Origin: Macrostomum lignano
Lineage: Eukaryota
Direction: 5' to 3'
Length of the DNA stretch: 29,215 nucleotides
NCBI GenBank assembly: GCA_002269645.1
Contig: NIVC01001434.1
Location: 1 to 29,215 of the forward strand
Each line of letters starts with the position of its first letter. Within the stretch, counting starts at the first letter, position 1. The notes under the pieces were generated by a model that had not been told where the DNA came from, searched no databases, and saw only the letters and a list, made by a program, of their open reading frames with translations. Made by a program: the position numbers and the translations under genes. This document shows positions 1 through 29,215 of the stretch, in pieces.

Positions 1-328
1 CAAAAAAATCTAAATTTAAAAGTGCATAGCACCATTTAGGATTGACTTTGAGACTCATGATTTTTTGAAATGTCAAAGTGTCGAAATAGATGAAGATTAT
101 TATGTGTCAAATTTGAAGACAATTGATAAAATTGGAGCAATGCTATGGAAGTATAGTGAAAAATTGCACATTTTGAGCAGTTTTGTTTTGCACTTTTAGG
201 CTAAGAAGACTTAGACTTATATTTTTTCTATCAAATGATAAATTAATTTAATGCTAATTAGAATTTGCTATTTTTTAGCTTTTTATTTTATCTTTTATCT
301 AATATTAATAATAATATTGATAAACATA

Positions 329-537
329 CTTGTATAACTTTTGCCAACACATTTTCAGAGATCTTCCAACACTTTTTACAACACTTTTTGCGACATTTTA
401 AGTGTCATAAAGTGTCAAAAGATCTGTCTGAAAATGTGTCGGTGAAAGTTAACTGTTACGACACTTTTGCAACATTTTAAGTGTCATAAAAAGTGTCAGA
501 AGATCTGTCTGAAAATGTGTTGGCAAAAGTTATACAG
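329..537. mobile_element. Small MITE-like element, Tc1/mariner-like (TA flanks)
   Basis: Perfect 29-bp inverted repeat, 331-359 vs 508-536. TA at 327-328 and 538-539. Internal direct duplication of about 80 bp. Confidence 0.6.
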
Positions 538-1470
538 TAAAGACTTCATTAGTAGATAGCCTGCAGAAGACTGCCGGACTCATAGCCATTAGAAAACAGG
601 TTCCAGTGCCGGAACTCTAGCCATTAGGCCTAGGCCTACTGCAAACTTGCAAAGTTATTCATGTGCCAAAATCCTCATTTTTATTCAAATTTGGCTTCTG
701 CATGCATATTGGCAAGTCTGCAAGTCATGGGATGATGGAACCCTCGGCCTGACTGCTCTGAAGTCCCTAGTTTACCTACAGTAGCCTAGCCTTTGCCCCT
801 TGGTAGGCCTACTACTACTAGCTAACTAAGCTAGGCCCTACAATACAAAGTAGACAAGACAATGACAATGACATCATCACATCATCTACTTTACCTTTAG
901 GTTTAGTTCACTTAATAATAAAGGCGTAAAAGTTCAATAGAATACGTTTCGTTAATTTAAAACGTACTTATTTCATTAGCTTAGCAAAAACCACTGCGTG
1001 CAAATATGATCAATGCATAGGCCAATAGAGGACTGGGCAAGTGAAGTTGAGCACTAAGACTGGGACATTTATGAAGAAAACCCGGCAATAAAAGATGTGT
1101 TCAAATATTTTTTCTATCTTTAAAAAAAATAATCATGATGTATTTTATTCATTTTTTCTAATTAAAACGATTATTTTTTGCTTAAATTAAGGTACTTTTT
1201 GTTAAAAAGAAATATATGTTTAAAAAAAATTTAAGATCGCATTAAGTTGTGAATTGTCAAGTAAGTTTATAAAAAAGTGAAAACAGTAATTGATTTCTAC
1301 GATACAGCATAAATACTTTATTCGAAGAAAAAATACATACTTGACAAGTTAGTTAAATAGTCCTTTTGTTACAATCACATTAACAGTGAAACAGAACATA
1401 CATAAAGCATTATTATCGTATATTATTTGTTTTATAATTATCTGTGAGTACTTTTCACTTAAAATTTGCC

Positions 1471-4400
1471 ATGGCTGCCTCTGAATCCAGCCTAGAAAAG
1501 CTATATGATGTAATGAAGAACATTGAGATGAACAAAAAAACTGGAAAAAACATGGAGGTATGCTATATCAATTTTTGCTTTTTTTGCTACTGCCTACTTG
1601 CTAGTTGCTAGCCTACTACAAACAATACAATTGTCTGGAATCTAAGTAATCATTGTTGTAACTTATATAAAAATTTTTGTAGTTGATGTTCATTTTGTCT
1701 GCTGCCAGTTTGTCCACAACTCTTATCTGCAAAAATAAGATGTCATTTTGTCTACCTCTACTACAAAATATTAAATATGATATAAAAATTATAAGTGACA
1801 ATTGTTATAATATAATGAGATAGTGATAGATAAAATACTCATTTTAATACGACCTAGTGATAATGGACAACTGTATTATTAGAAGTATAAACATTCTAAA
1901 AAATAATAGTTAGACATAGGCGAGTGGCCATGTGGTAGGCCCCCCTAACTAGTCATTTCACCTATATATAAACTGTTTTGGCCATGGCCATTTTGCCCTT
2001 ATACCATTTCGCCCACAGACCATTTCACCCATAGACTGTTTCATCCATAGACCATTTTGGCCATGGACCATTTCTAAACTTTACAGTTTTAAACTCTATG
2101 TTTTGATTTTCAATTTTGGTGAAAAAATCTTAAATTCTTTTAGTATTTCAAGCTTTATCTTGCTTTTATCTTGCTATAACCAAAAACCCTTTCTCATCCT
2201 CAGCTGTTCAAATTGGCTTTAATTGTCATACTTTCAAAAGGAATGACTTTTAAAAAACTCGTTATAATTCATAATCATAATAAACAAAATTGCAATAATG
2301 CAATTGTTGTAGCAACAATTCAGATCATAGTTTTTTACATATTAAAACTAAAAATTAGCATTGAAAAAAAGAAAATGAAGATACATGTATAGTTGTATCT
2401 CTAGTAAATACATAATACATAAATACCTATGTCTAAATTGGAGGCAAATAGTCTATGGCCAAACTGGTTTATAGGCAAAATGGTCTAAAGGTGAAATATC
2501 CATGGCTCAATTGGTTTGGGGACAAAATAACTGGAATTTGGCTGTCTATCTTCTATAATGCAAAAATTTATAACTTTTAATCTAAATAGTTTAAAAATAG
2601 TTTTTTTTAGTGAAAATATTTAATGTTTATATTTTTTGCCTTTTAAGTTTAATAAAATAGCTCTTTGAGGATTTTGGATAAATAATTTTTTGTTAGGATG
2701 CTACAATTTTAGCATAAAAAGATTAAAATTAGAATCCCAATTATCATTCATTATAATATATGGGTATTATATATTGTTAAAAAAATTTATAATTAAAAGT
2801 TTTTTAGACTGTCTAATCTATAATACAAAAATATTAAAGAGACCCTTAAGAAAGCTAGTTGCTTCTACAACTCCCTACATGTTTAGTTTGCAATCTCTAT
2901 TGTAGCCAAGGTTTGAACTGTGCTTGACACCTTTTCCTACACTAGACACTACCAGTTTACCAGACTGTCTATACTACTTGGGGCTAATCTGTGCTGTCTA
3001 TAATAATGTGCAATTGGCTAAAATAAGGCTTGCAGTTATTTATATTCTATATATCTATGTCTATAAAGGCCCATCCTAAATATATATTAAAATATTTGCA
3101 CATTTTAGTTATTCCAACACATTTGATAATAAGTAGATTATCTTATTAGAGATAAAAGGCTTTGTTTGTCTTGGTAAACTTTAAGCAAAATTGTCATAAA
3201 ATTAGTCAGAGGCATTATTGTCTATTTTACTTATTATCCTAAGCTGGCATGCATATATATAGGAATATACAGTATCCCTAACAACTTTTTTTATTATTAG
3301 GCATGTACACTTCATTGTGCCTTGGGAATTGGCCTTCAATGGCATTAGCAGACCAAACTGCATAAGCAGACCAAAGCTAAGATTCCAATTTAGCCCCAAA
3401 TTAATTGGACTGCACTTAGAATTGAGCCTGGGCTGCTGACACATGAAAACACCACAACTAAACCACAGGGCTAACAATTCTGAGGTTATCAATACTTTCA
3501 ATACTATCATCAATACAGCTTTAATATTGCTCATTTGATAAGTAATTAAATATGAATGTGTAAATTGTACTTTGTAGAATGCTGCCCTGTTCAAAGTTAT
3601 TCTGCAAGCAGCCAAAGGCGACTCAACTTCCAAGCGTTTGGCCTCTCAGTTTATTGCCCGGCTATTTAAAGATTTCCCAGACGAGCAGAAGACGGCTTAC
3701 AATGCGCTGATCGATCTAGTTGAAGACGAGGACACACTGGTCAGGCGGCAGGTTATTAGCGACCTGCCAAAGCTGTGCAAAGATGTGCCAATCTTTGCCC
3801 CGAAGGTGGCAGACGTTCTTGTCCAAGTGCTGCAGGCGGACGACAGTCAGGTGAGAGGGAAAGAAGGCGCGATTTCGTTTTTTTCCCAAGCCTTTTGTTA
3901 CATTCCATGTTTTAGATAGAATTGGATCAAAAAACTGGTTTTTTAATATGCGGTTTGGTTTTTTTGTAGCAGATGTGGCCAAAACCCCTGAGGTTTCGGG
4001 GCCTCGGGTAAGGCGGCTAAATACAGTAGCGAATGCTGGAGTGACACATCTAGGTTAATATAGAATCTGTGCTTCAAAGTACCAGTCTGGTTATGTAAGA
4101 CTCCAAGTCTAAACTAGTTTGATTTCGGGCATGTATTAAAAATGTATAGGCAAAAATATAACTACTTTTTGGCCACCTACCCTACAATATGTCAATTCTA
4201 CCCTAAAATAACTTGATTATATTAACTCCACAGGAACTGGCTCTGGCCAACCAGTCCCTTCTGCACGTGATTGGCGCTCATCCGGCCGAGGCGTTGACCG
4301 GCATCCTTGATCAGCTGACTCAGCCTGAGACGCCTGACCTTTGCCGGGAGCGAGCACTCCGTCTTCTAGCCGGCCGTGTGCAACAGGTGCCGCTGTCCGC

Positions 4401-7066
4401 CAAACTTGAAGAGCTGCTTGTTGAACGGCTTCAACCGTTGATTGATTCAGCTAGCGATGCTGAATTTATTAGCCTAGTTCAACTGCTGGCCTCGCTGAGC
4501 TGCATGCAGACCCTCACTGGCCGACAGCGACTGCTGGACATTGTTGGCAAGAAGGCCGCACTAGCTGGACCATTTCAGCCTGCCGATGCCGCCTTGCTAG
4601 CCAGGCTGAGGGAGTGCATTAAACAGGCTCTGCCTCTGCTGTCCGTGAGTGCCCGCCTGTTTTCCGCTTCTGTTTGGCTAGCTAAGATATTAGATTTCTA
4701 GATCACCGGTTTCCAAAGAGCTTATTATATCCCCAGAAGCTTTCCCAGATCCTCAGCAGCTTCTCTAGATTCTCAGAAGCTTCCCTAGATCCTCAGCAGC
4801 TTCCCTAGATCCTCAGCAGCTTCCCTAGATCCTCAGCAGCTTCCCTAGATTCTCAGATGCTTCGCTAAATCCTCAGCAGCTTCTCTAGATTCTCAGCAGC
4901 TTCCCCAGATTCTCAGAAACTTCTCTAGATTCTCATCAGCTTCCCTAGATTCTCAGATGCTATGCTAAATCCTCAGCAGCTTCTCTAGATTCTCAGCAGC
5001 TTCCCCAGATCCTCAGAAACTTCTCTAGATTCTCATCAGCTTCTCTAGATTCTCATCAGCTTCTCTAGATTCTCATCAGCTTCTCTAGATTCTCAGCAGC
5101 ATCTCTAGATCCTCAGCAGCTTTCCCAGATCCTCAAAAGCTTCTCTAGATTCTCAGCAGCTTCTCTAGATCCTCAGCAGCTTCCCCAAATCCTCAGCAGC
5201 TTCCCTAGATCCTCAGCAGCTTCCCTAGATCCTCAGCAGCTTCCCAAATCCTCAGCAGCTTCCCTAGATTCTCAGAAGCTTCCCTAAATTCTCAGCAGAT
5301 TCTCTACATCCTCATCAGCTTCCCTACATCCTCATCAACTTCCCTACATCTTCAGCAGCTTCCCTACATCCATTAAGACTCGCTAAAATCCTCAGCAACT
5401 AGCTTTCCATTTACTAAACCCTTAAAACCCTTGCAGAAGAACATTAACGCCAAGCCATTCGTGATTTACTTTCTCGACAAAGTGTTGCCAGTCATAGACA
5501 AGGTGCCCGCTGAGCTGGCTGGAGAGACTCCTCGGCTGGACCTGCTTAAATCGTTTGCCGAGCTGAGCAGCCACTCTGGTGAGTTTGTAGGATAATGATA
5601 TTTTGATTGCCCCTAATCAGCCCAACGTCTGTGCGGTCTAAATTTCCCGCATGTCTGTTTATATTCTGTTCTAATTCGCTCTGATAATCTAAATAATCCG
5701 ATCTAAATTACCCCGATAACCCGCTTTAAATCGCCCCGATAATCCGCTCTATATCGCCCCGATAATCCGCTCTAAATCGCCCCTATTATCTATTCTAAAT
5801 CGCCCCGATAAAACGATAATCCGCTCTAAATCACCCTGATAATCTGATCAAAATCGCCCTGATAATCCGCTCTAAATCGCCCCAATAATCCGCTTTAAAT
5901 CGCCCCAATAATCCGCTCTAAATCGCCCCAATAATTCGCTCTAAATCGCAACGATAATCCGATTTAAATCGCTTCACCAAGGCGGCAACTTCGCCGCCAC
6001 CGACGCCCAACTGACCGGCCTGCTGCGCCGTCTGACTGAGCGCCTAGCGTTGCCTAGCGACGCCGACGTTGACACGGACGCAGACACACCGGCCGCTGCC
6101 GTTGCCGCTGCCGCCGCCGACGCCGCCAGCCTGACTCACTCGGAGTGTCTTCTGTACGCGCTGCATCAGACCGCCCGTACTCGGCCAGACTTTCTGGCTG
6201 ACCGCGCCGAACTGTTGGCCGATTTGCGCAAACGGCTGCAGCTGCTGCATCTGTGAGTACTGGGGTTTTTTGTAGATTTAGATCGTCATGTCCCTATTTG
6301 TTACTGTCAGTAGTTTTACAAGCTGGAAAATATAGGAAATAATATTGTTCTGTCTTTCTGCTTCCTCTCTGCTTTTTGTAGTAATTTAAGCTGTCAAGTC
6401 GGTCGGCAGCCTGTCAAACCAGTCCCAAATCCCAATGTCAGCAGCCTGTCAAACCAGTCCCAAACCCCAATGTCAGCAGCCTGTCAAACCAATCCCAAAT
6501 CCCAATGTCAGCAGCCTGTCAAACCAGTCCCAAATCCCAATGTCAGCAGCCTGTCAAACCAGTCCCAAACCCCAATGTCAGCAGCCTGTCAAACCCCAAT
6601 GTCAGAAGCCTGTCAAACCCCAATGTCAGCAGCCTGTCAAACCCCAATGTCAGCAGCCTGTCAAACGCTACTCCGCACTCCCAGGGCCGCCCAGTCCTAC
6701 CAGCGCTCGCACAAGCCGGCTGCCGGCGAAGCAAAATGCCGATTGGCTGACAACATCGGCGCCCTGATGAAGGATTTATTTAGAAATCCGCCAACCTACA
6801 AGGCCGAACTGACCCTATCTTGGAAGCCGCTGCCTCCGCCGCCGCCGTCTCCGCAGCCAATAGCGGCTCCAGCTGTGAAGTCGCCGACTGCTGCGCCGGA
6901 TCAGCAGCGGAAGCGGCCGGCCAGCCAGCAGGACTGGGGCCGCGGCGGTGGCGGCGGCCAATTCGGCTACGGCAAAAGGGGCTTCGGTGGCGGCGGCGGC
7001 GCCGGACGAGGAAGCGGCGGCCGAGGCGGCGGTCGCGGCCGAGGCGGTGGCTACCGGCGCTGGTGA
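1471..7066 (+). CDS. API5: Apoptosis inhibitor 5 (API5/AAC-11) homolog, spliced; exons 1471-1557, 3578-3850, 4234-4644, 5437-5578, 5982-6252, 6382-7066
   Basis: All junctions are GT-AG with matching phases (0,0,0,1,2). Total 1869 nt = 622 aa + stop. Translation follows recalled human API5 in order: KRLASQFIARLF, LIDLVEDEDTLVRRQVISDLP, VADVLVQVLQADDS, MQTLTGRQRL, HSECLLYALHQ, DNIGALMKDLFRNPPTYKAELTLSWKP, then a Gly/Arg (RGG) tail. The 5' boundary of the last exon is uncertain because of an embedded tandem repeat. Confidence 0.93.
1952..2531. mobile_element. Degenerate foldback-like element: inverted arrays of about 17-bp subrepeats in API5 intron 1
   Basis: CCATTTCRCCCATAGA-like units at 1952-2074 face reverse-complement units at about 2441-2531 across an AT-rich spacer. 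No TSD identified. Confidence 0.5.
4728..5400. repeat. 20-bp minisatellite (AGCTTCCCTAGATCCTCAGC)n, about 33 copies, API5 intron 3
   Basis: Directly visible tandem array. Confidence 0.95.
5660..5972. repeat. 23-bp minisatellite (GATAATCCGCTCTAAATCGCCCC)n, API5 intron 4, abutting the exon 5 acceptor
   Basis: Directly visible. Period 23 (5738 to 5761). Confidence 0.9.
6404..6666. repeat. 35-bp/24-bp tandem repeat (CAATGTCAGCAGCCTGTCAAACC...) at the start of the last API5 exon
   Basis: Directly visible. Stop-free in all three + frames. Confidence 0.95.
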
Positions 7067-7116
7067 GACCATCAGTAGTGCAGAAGCATCGAGTCGGAAT
7101 GCAATGAAGTCTGGGT

Positions 7117-7122
7117 AATAAA
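7117..7122 (+). promoter_or_regulatory. Candidate polyadenylation signal for API5 (AATAAA; second copy at 7354-7359)
   Basis: AATAAA about 50 nt after the TGA at 7064-7066. Which site is used is unknown. Confidence 0.5.
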
Positions 7123-7674
7123 ACTATTTCTAATGTTGCTTTTGTCTAATGGCAGCCTGTTTATTGCCGCTATTAACAGTAATACTAAATGCTATGCCTT
7201 AATAGTACATAATGTACGCTCGTCCTTATAACTTGGAACTTTAGTGTGTACAAGTATCAGAATTTTCATACTGTCTCATACTATTATATAAGCTAGTTTG
7301 TTGTCTCATAATTTCACATCTTCAAGTTCTAGTTCTTATCTTGTAGCCTTTTTAATAAAACAGCTTCTGCTCACAATTATAAGGCAACACAAAACTGCGT
7401 GTCCCGTAGCCATTGTGGACCCGTTTGTAAGGGGGAAGTGCATTTTTTAACAATACCCCATCATTAATAAGCAGTGTTACAATAAATACCTACTTGTGCG
7501 AGACTGCGCATCCAAATAAGCTGATTGCTTTGTTTGAAATGCTAATTTTGTACCCAGAGTCAGCTGACTTTGTCAATTTTATATACAAGTAGTTATTGGC
7601 ACTATTGTGCAAAGCTCTGAGGTGACACTCTCATTCTCCTCCTTATGAGCCGTTTATTCCCTGTCAACTTCTTA

Positions 7675-8330
7675 ACTGATCCTCGTGTTGATCCCTCCCA
7701 GATCCTTATAATCCTCATGTTGATACCCTCCAAAATCCTCAGCAATCCTCAGGTGTTGATCCCCTCCTGACTCCTCATCGATCCTCAGGTGTTGATCCAC
7801 TCCCAAATCCTCATCGATCCTCAGGTGTTGATCCCCTCCCAAATCCTCATCGATCCTTAGGTGTTGATCCCCTCCCAAATCCTCATCAATCCTCATGTTG
7901 ATCCCCTCCCAAATCCTCATCAATCCTTAAGTGTTGATCCCCTCCCAAATCCTCATCAATCCTCATGTTGATCCCCTCCCAAATCCTCATCAATCCTTAA
8001 GTGTTGATCCCCTCCCAAATCCTCATCAATCCTCATGTTGATCCCCTCCTAAATCCTCATCAATCCTCATGTTGATCCTCTCCCAAATCCTCATCGATCC
8101 TCATGTTGATCCCCTCCCAAATCCCCATCAATCCGCAGGTGTTGATCCCCTCCTAAATCCTCATCAATCCTCATGTTGATCCCCTCCCAAATCCTCATCG
8201 ATCCTCATGTTGATCCCCTCCCAAATCCCCATCAATCCGCAGGTGTTGATCCCCTTCCCAAATCCTCATCGATCTTCAGGTGTTGATCCCCTCTTAAATC
8301 CACATCAATTCTCATGTTGATCCCCTCCCA
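7675..8330. repeat. 34/36-bp minisatellite (TGTTGATCCCCTCCCAAATCCTCATCAATCCTCA)n between the convergent 3' ends
   Basis: Directly visible. Partly alternating 34- and 36-bp variants. Confidence 0.95.
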
Positions 8331-8439
8331 ATGGATCCCATAAATCTCAAATGTATTTTTGTACCTGCTTTTGAATGAAAAAGCAAAATAATTAAAACCA
8401 GATGGTGTTTTTAAGTGATCTGAAAATGGCAAAGGTCTG

Positions 8440-8445
8440 TTTATT
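8440..8445 (-). promoter_or_regulatory. Candidate polyadenylation signal for the alpha2delta gene
   Basis: TTTATT on + (AATAAA on -), about 330 nt downstream of the stop at 8773 and just before the intergenic satellite. Confidence 0.45.
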
Positions 8446-8772
8446 GTGTAATTTTATACAACATATCAGGTTTTCCTGTACTTAATAAGGTAAGAGCTTT
8501 TACAATAAAATTCAGTATTTAAAACACACGGAAGCACACACTGTGCATAGAAAACAAGTTTAAATGTACCTATAACGTGTTGCTTGAACTGCAATCGAAT
8601 ACTGCCTTGTGGTTTAAAGTAAAAAATTGACTACAGTATATAGTCGCAGCATTTCAGTATGTTATGGGGAGAATTGTTTCGGGTATAAGTGCACAGTAAT
8701 AAGGGGAATTAAAAGGAAGTACATGTACTAAGACGTTGACTATATCCTCTTGCCACGATAGTCACTTAGCTT

Positions 8773-27087
<18,315 letters not shown>

Positions 27088-27945
27088 CGCAGCGGCTGTT
27101 GGAGCTTCGTGTCCGTAAATCAAAGCTTTCAAGACGTTTTTCTGTCTTTCTTCAATACCCCTTGATTGTCTGTAAATTATCTCAGATAAGTATAGTGTGC
27201 GTGGCGTTAGTATTCAAATACGATTCTCGTCAAAAAAGTAGTCCCTCTATTTTGCAAGTGAAAGACTAGCTATAGAAGCGTTTTATATACGAACCGCTGC
27301 GTTCATTCTCGGGGTACAGCTGTATATAGGATTTGCCCCTTGACGCCGCTTTGCCGCTTTTCGTCCAGGAGGGTACGAGAGGTGAAGAAAGGCGAATTTT
27401 GGGTTTTGGGTGGGTTGGAGGGAGACTTCGGGAAGGCCCCCCTGCAGGCTTAGCTTGGCGTATGCATGCAGTTGGTCCCTTTCTTATTTGCCCACCCTCC
27501 CAGCTGTACAGAACTGCGCGCCTGCTACAAGAAGCAACCGGGGTTGGAATCGGTTCCGTCCTGCATGCGTTACGGCAATGCAACCAATTCAAGCGAAATT
27601 TCGCTTTATGCACTGTTCGTTCCTCGGCGACGACCACCCCTGGCGCTCGCTCTCTCTCTCCCTTCTCGTTCGCTGTGCGTTAATCCTCTTTCGCATTTTC
27701 CTATTCCCTTCAGGTTGCATTTCCCTTTTCTTTCGTACAGGTTCGGATGCGTCCTTGCTGGTATTTTCCCTAGAGGGCAGCAGGCGCTACTGGCTGAATG
27801 GAGACTACAGATAGGGGAAAAAGGAAAAGAGCTTGTAGTAGGATACAGCTAAAGTATATACGAAGGCTTTGTCGGAGACCTCTGGATACATTGGACTGGA
27901 AACGGCCGCGGGCCGGCCGCACCAAATCCATTTACACATGTAATT

Positions 27946-28010
27946 GGGTATCAAACTGCGACCTTCAAGTCGTGAGTCCGGTACGCTCTAACCATTAGGC
28001 TACAACCCCT
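27946..28010 (-). mobile_element. tRNA-like (Val-CAC-like loop) SINE head or tRNA pseudogene
   Basis: Minus strand reads GTAGCCTAATGGTTAGAGCGTACCGGACTCACGACTTGAAGGTCGCAGTTTGATACCC: A box, CTCACGA loop, degenerate B box. T and acceptor stems do not pair. Confidence 0.6.
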
Positions 28011-28498
28011 CCCCCGCCCAACGGAGGCAGACACGCTCTCACACAATCTTAACTGTTTGAACTTTTGAAACAATACATACTTCTTGGCTTACAGGGTTTA
28101 CTCCTTTTAATATTTTAATGAGGCATGGAAGTTTTGAAATAAAAAAATAAAGCCTACATGTAGGTGACAAAGCCCTTAATTGTGGAGCTCGATCGAGACC
28201 CAAACAAAAAAACAGAAATTAAAATAACATTCATATATCATTATATCACTATACTGTCAAGTTAATTCATTCAACCACTGCTTGAAAATGCCACCTAAGA
28301 GCAGAACCATATAACGCACAATTGATGTCGCATGGTACTCGTGTATTCCCATTTGCGTTGGTTGAGACGCAATGGCGTTTGAGGGATACTTAACGTTGTG
28401 AATTGAGTCCAGATTTTTGCTCTTTTAACCTTTAACTTTTCCTTCAAACAGGACTAGTTGCACTTTGAAGCAGTGATGCAACCAGAATTTCGGTGAGT

Positions 28499-28554
28499 GG
28501 GGCGGATCATGGGGGGTTGGAGCTAGGGGGCGGATCATGGGGGGTTGGAGCTAG
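28499..28554. repeat. 28-bp direct duplication GGGGCGGATCATGGGGGGTTGGAGCTAG x2
   Basis: Two exact tandem copies. Confidence 0.8.
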
Positions 28555-29053
28555 GGGGCCGGCGGCTTGTATTTTGGCGAAAATTCGCTTGACCCATGCA
28601 TTATTATTTCCGGGTCTCGGCCGAACAGAGGCGGTTGCCCCTGCCTCCACCACTTGGTTTTACCACTGCTCTAGAGTTCGGTACGATCGCTAAACGCTAC
28701 AGTCTACACATAATGGACTTACGTGCATACTAAGTATTTTTTCCAAAACGCGTATTTTATCCACTTTTCTTCGAAATTGAGTATGGTCGGTAGGTGTCTG
28801 TCTTGTCTCGTATCTTCGAAAGTGTACCTTGCCCAATGACAAATCGGTCAAGCAGGCAGCAAATATATTATCATATTTAGGTTACGTATGATTCAAAAAT
28901 TTTTAAACTTTAAGCTTTAGCTAAAAGTCAGTGTACAGTTGCTTCAATGTAGAAAGTTATACTATTTTGCCTTCCCTTACCTAGTAGGCCTACCCTAGAT
29001 CAATCTCATTAATCAGTTTTTCAGTTACACAACAAAGGCCTAATCAACAAATT

Positions 29054-29206
29054 ATGATTGAACCAGAAACATTTCAAGAGGGTTTTATCTGTCCTATATG
29101 TGTTACAGATTGTTACAGTAGTGATAAGCTATTAGAACACTTCCAAGCACAGCACAATGATACCACAGAAAAGAAACACACTATGATTTCAAACAGGATA
29201 TTAAAG
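29054..29206 (+). CDS. First coding exon of a Rabenosyn-5/EEA1-type protein (N-terminal Rab5-binding C2H2 zinc finger); gene truncated by the window end
   Basis: Translates as MIEPETFQEGFICPICVTDCYSSDKLLEHFQAQHND..., ending at AAG|GTAAAG. The EGFxCPxC...L..H...H pattern matches recalled Rabenosyn-5 (EGFLCPLC) and EEA1 (EGFICPQC). The Met close to the finger favours Rabenosyn-5. A TTTTTCAG acceptor lies 30 nt upstream (AG 29023-29024). Confidence 0.75.
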
Positions 29207-29215
29207 GTAAAGTTA

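Noticed and set aside
2900-2985. Third tRNA-like SINE head on the - strand (AGTTCAAACC B-box-like)
   Set aside because: Too degenerate to support beyond a single short motif.
3202-3633. 143-aa - strand ORF
   Set aside because: AT-rich intron sequence antisense to API5, starting at a TTG, with no motif.
7672-8432. RIDEDLGGDQHL-repeat ORFs
   Set aside because: Frames of the 34/36-bp intergenic satellite; the frame is broken whenever 34-bp units occur.
27266-27998. Cluster of 116-134-aa ORFs upstream of alpha2delta
   Set aside because: No recognisable domain and mutually overlapping; more likely UTR, promoter or SINE-body sequence.

Overview
Eukaryotic (metazoan) genomic DNA with spliceosomal introns, GC-rich internal exons and introns packed with tandem repeats. 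The style resembles a repeat-rich flatworm such as Macrostomum; this is an inference, not a demonstration. I reconstructed three protein-coding genes by hand from splice signals and recalled family motifs. (1) API5 (apoptosis inhibitor 5) on +, 1471-7066, 6 exons. (2) A voltage-gated calcium channel alpha-2/delta subunit on -, 27087-8773, 25-26 exons and about 1250 aa, with signal peptide, Cache-VWA-Cache domains and a GPI-type C-terminus; it is convergent with API5. (3) The first coding exon of a Rabenosyn-5/EEA1-type C2H2 zinc-finger protein on +, from 29054, running off the window. About a quarter of the window is satellite DNA (units of 4-85 bp). There are also several MITE/foldback elements, one with a perfect 8-bp target-site duplication and P-element-like ends, and two tRNA-derived SINE-like heads. 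I see no prokaryote-type system and no clearly new multi-gene system. The most unusual observations are a 280-aa ORF nested in an alpha2delta intron whose upstream reading frame depends on a 65-bp repeat's copy number, apparent paralogous (possibly mutually exclusive) alpha2delta exons, a GC-AG intron, a 14-nt microexon, and a tandem repeat lying in frame inside the last API5 exon. All similarity statements come from recalled sequences, not from database searches.
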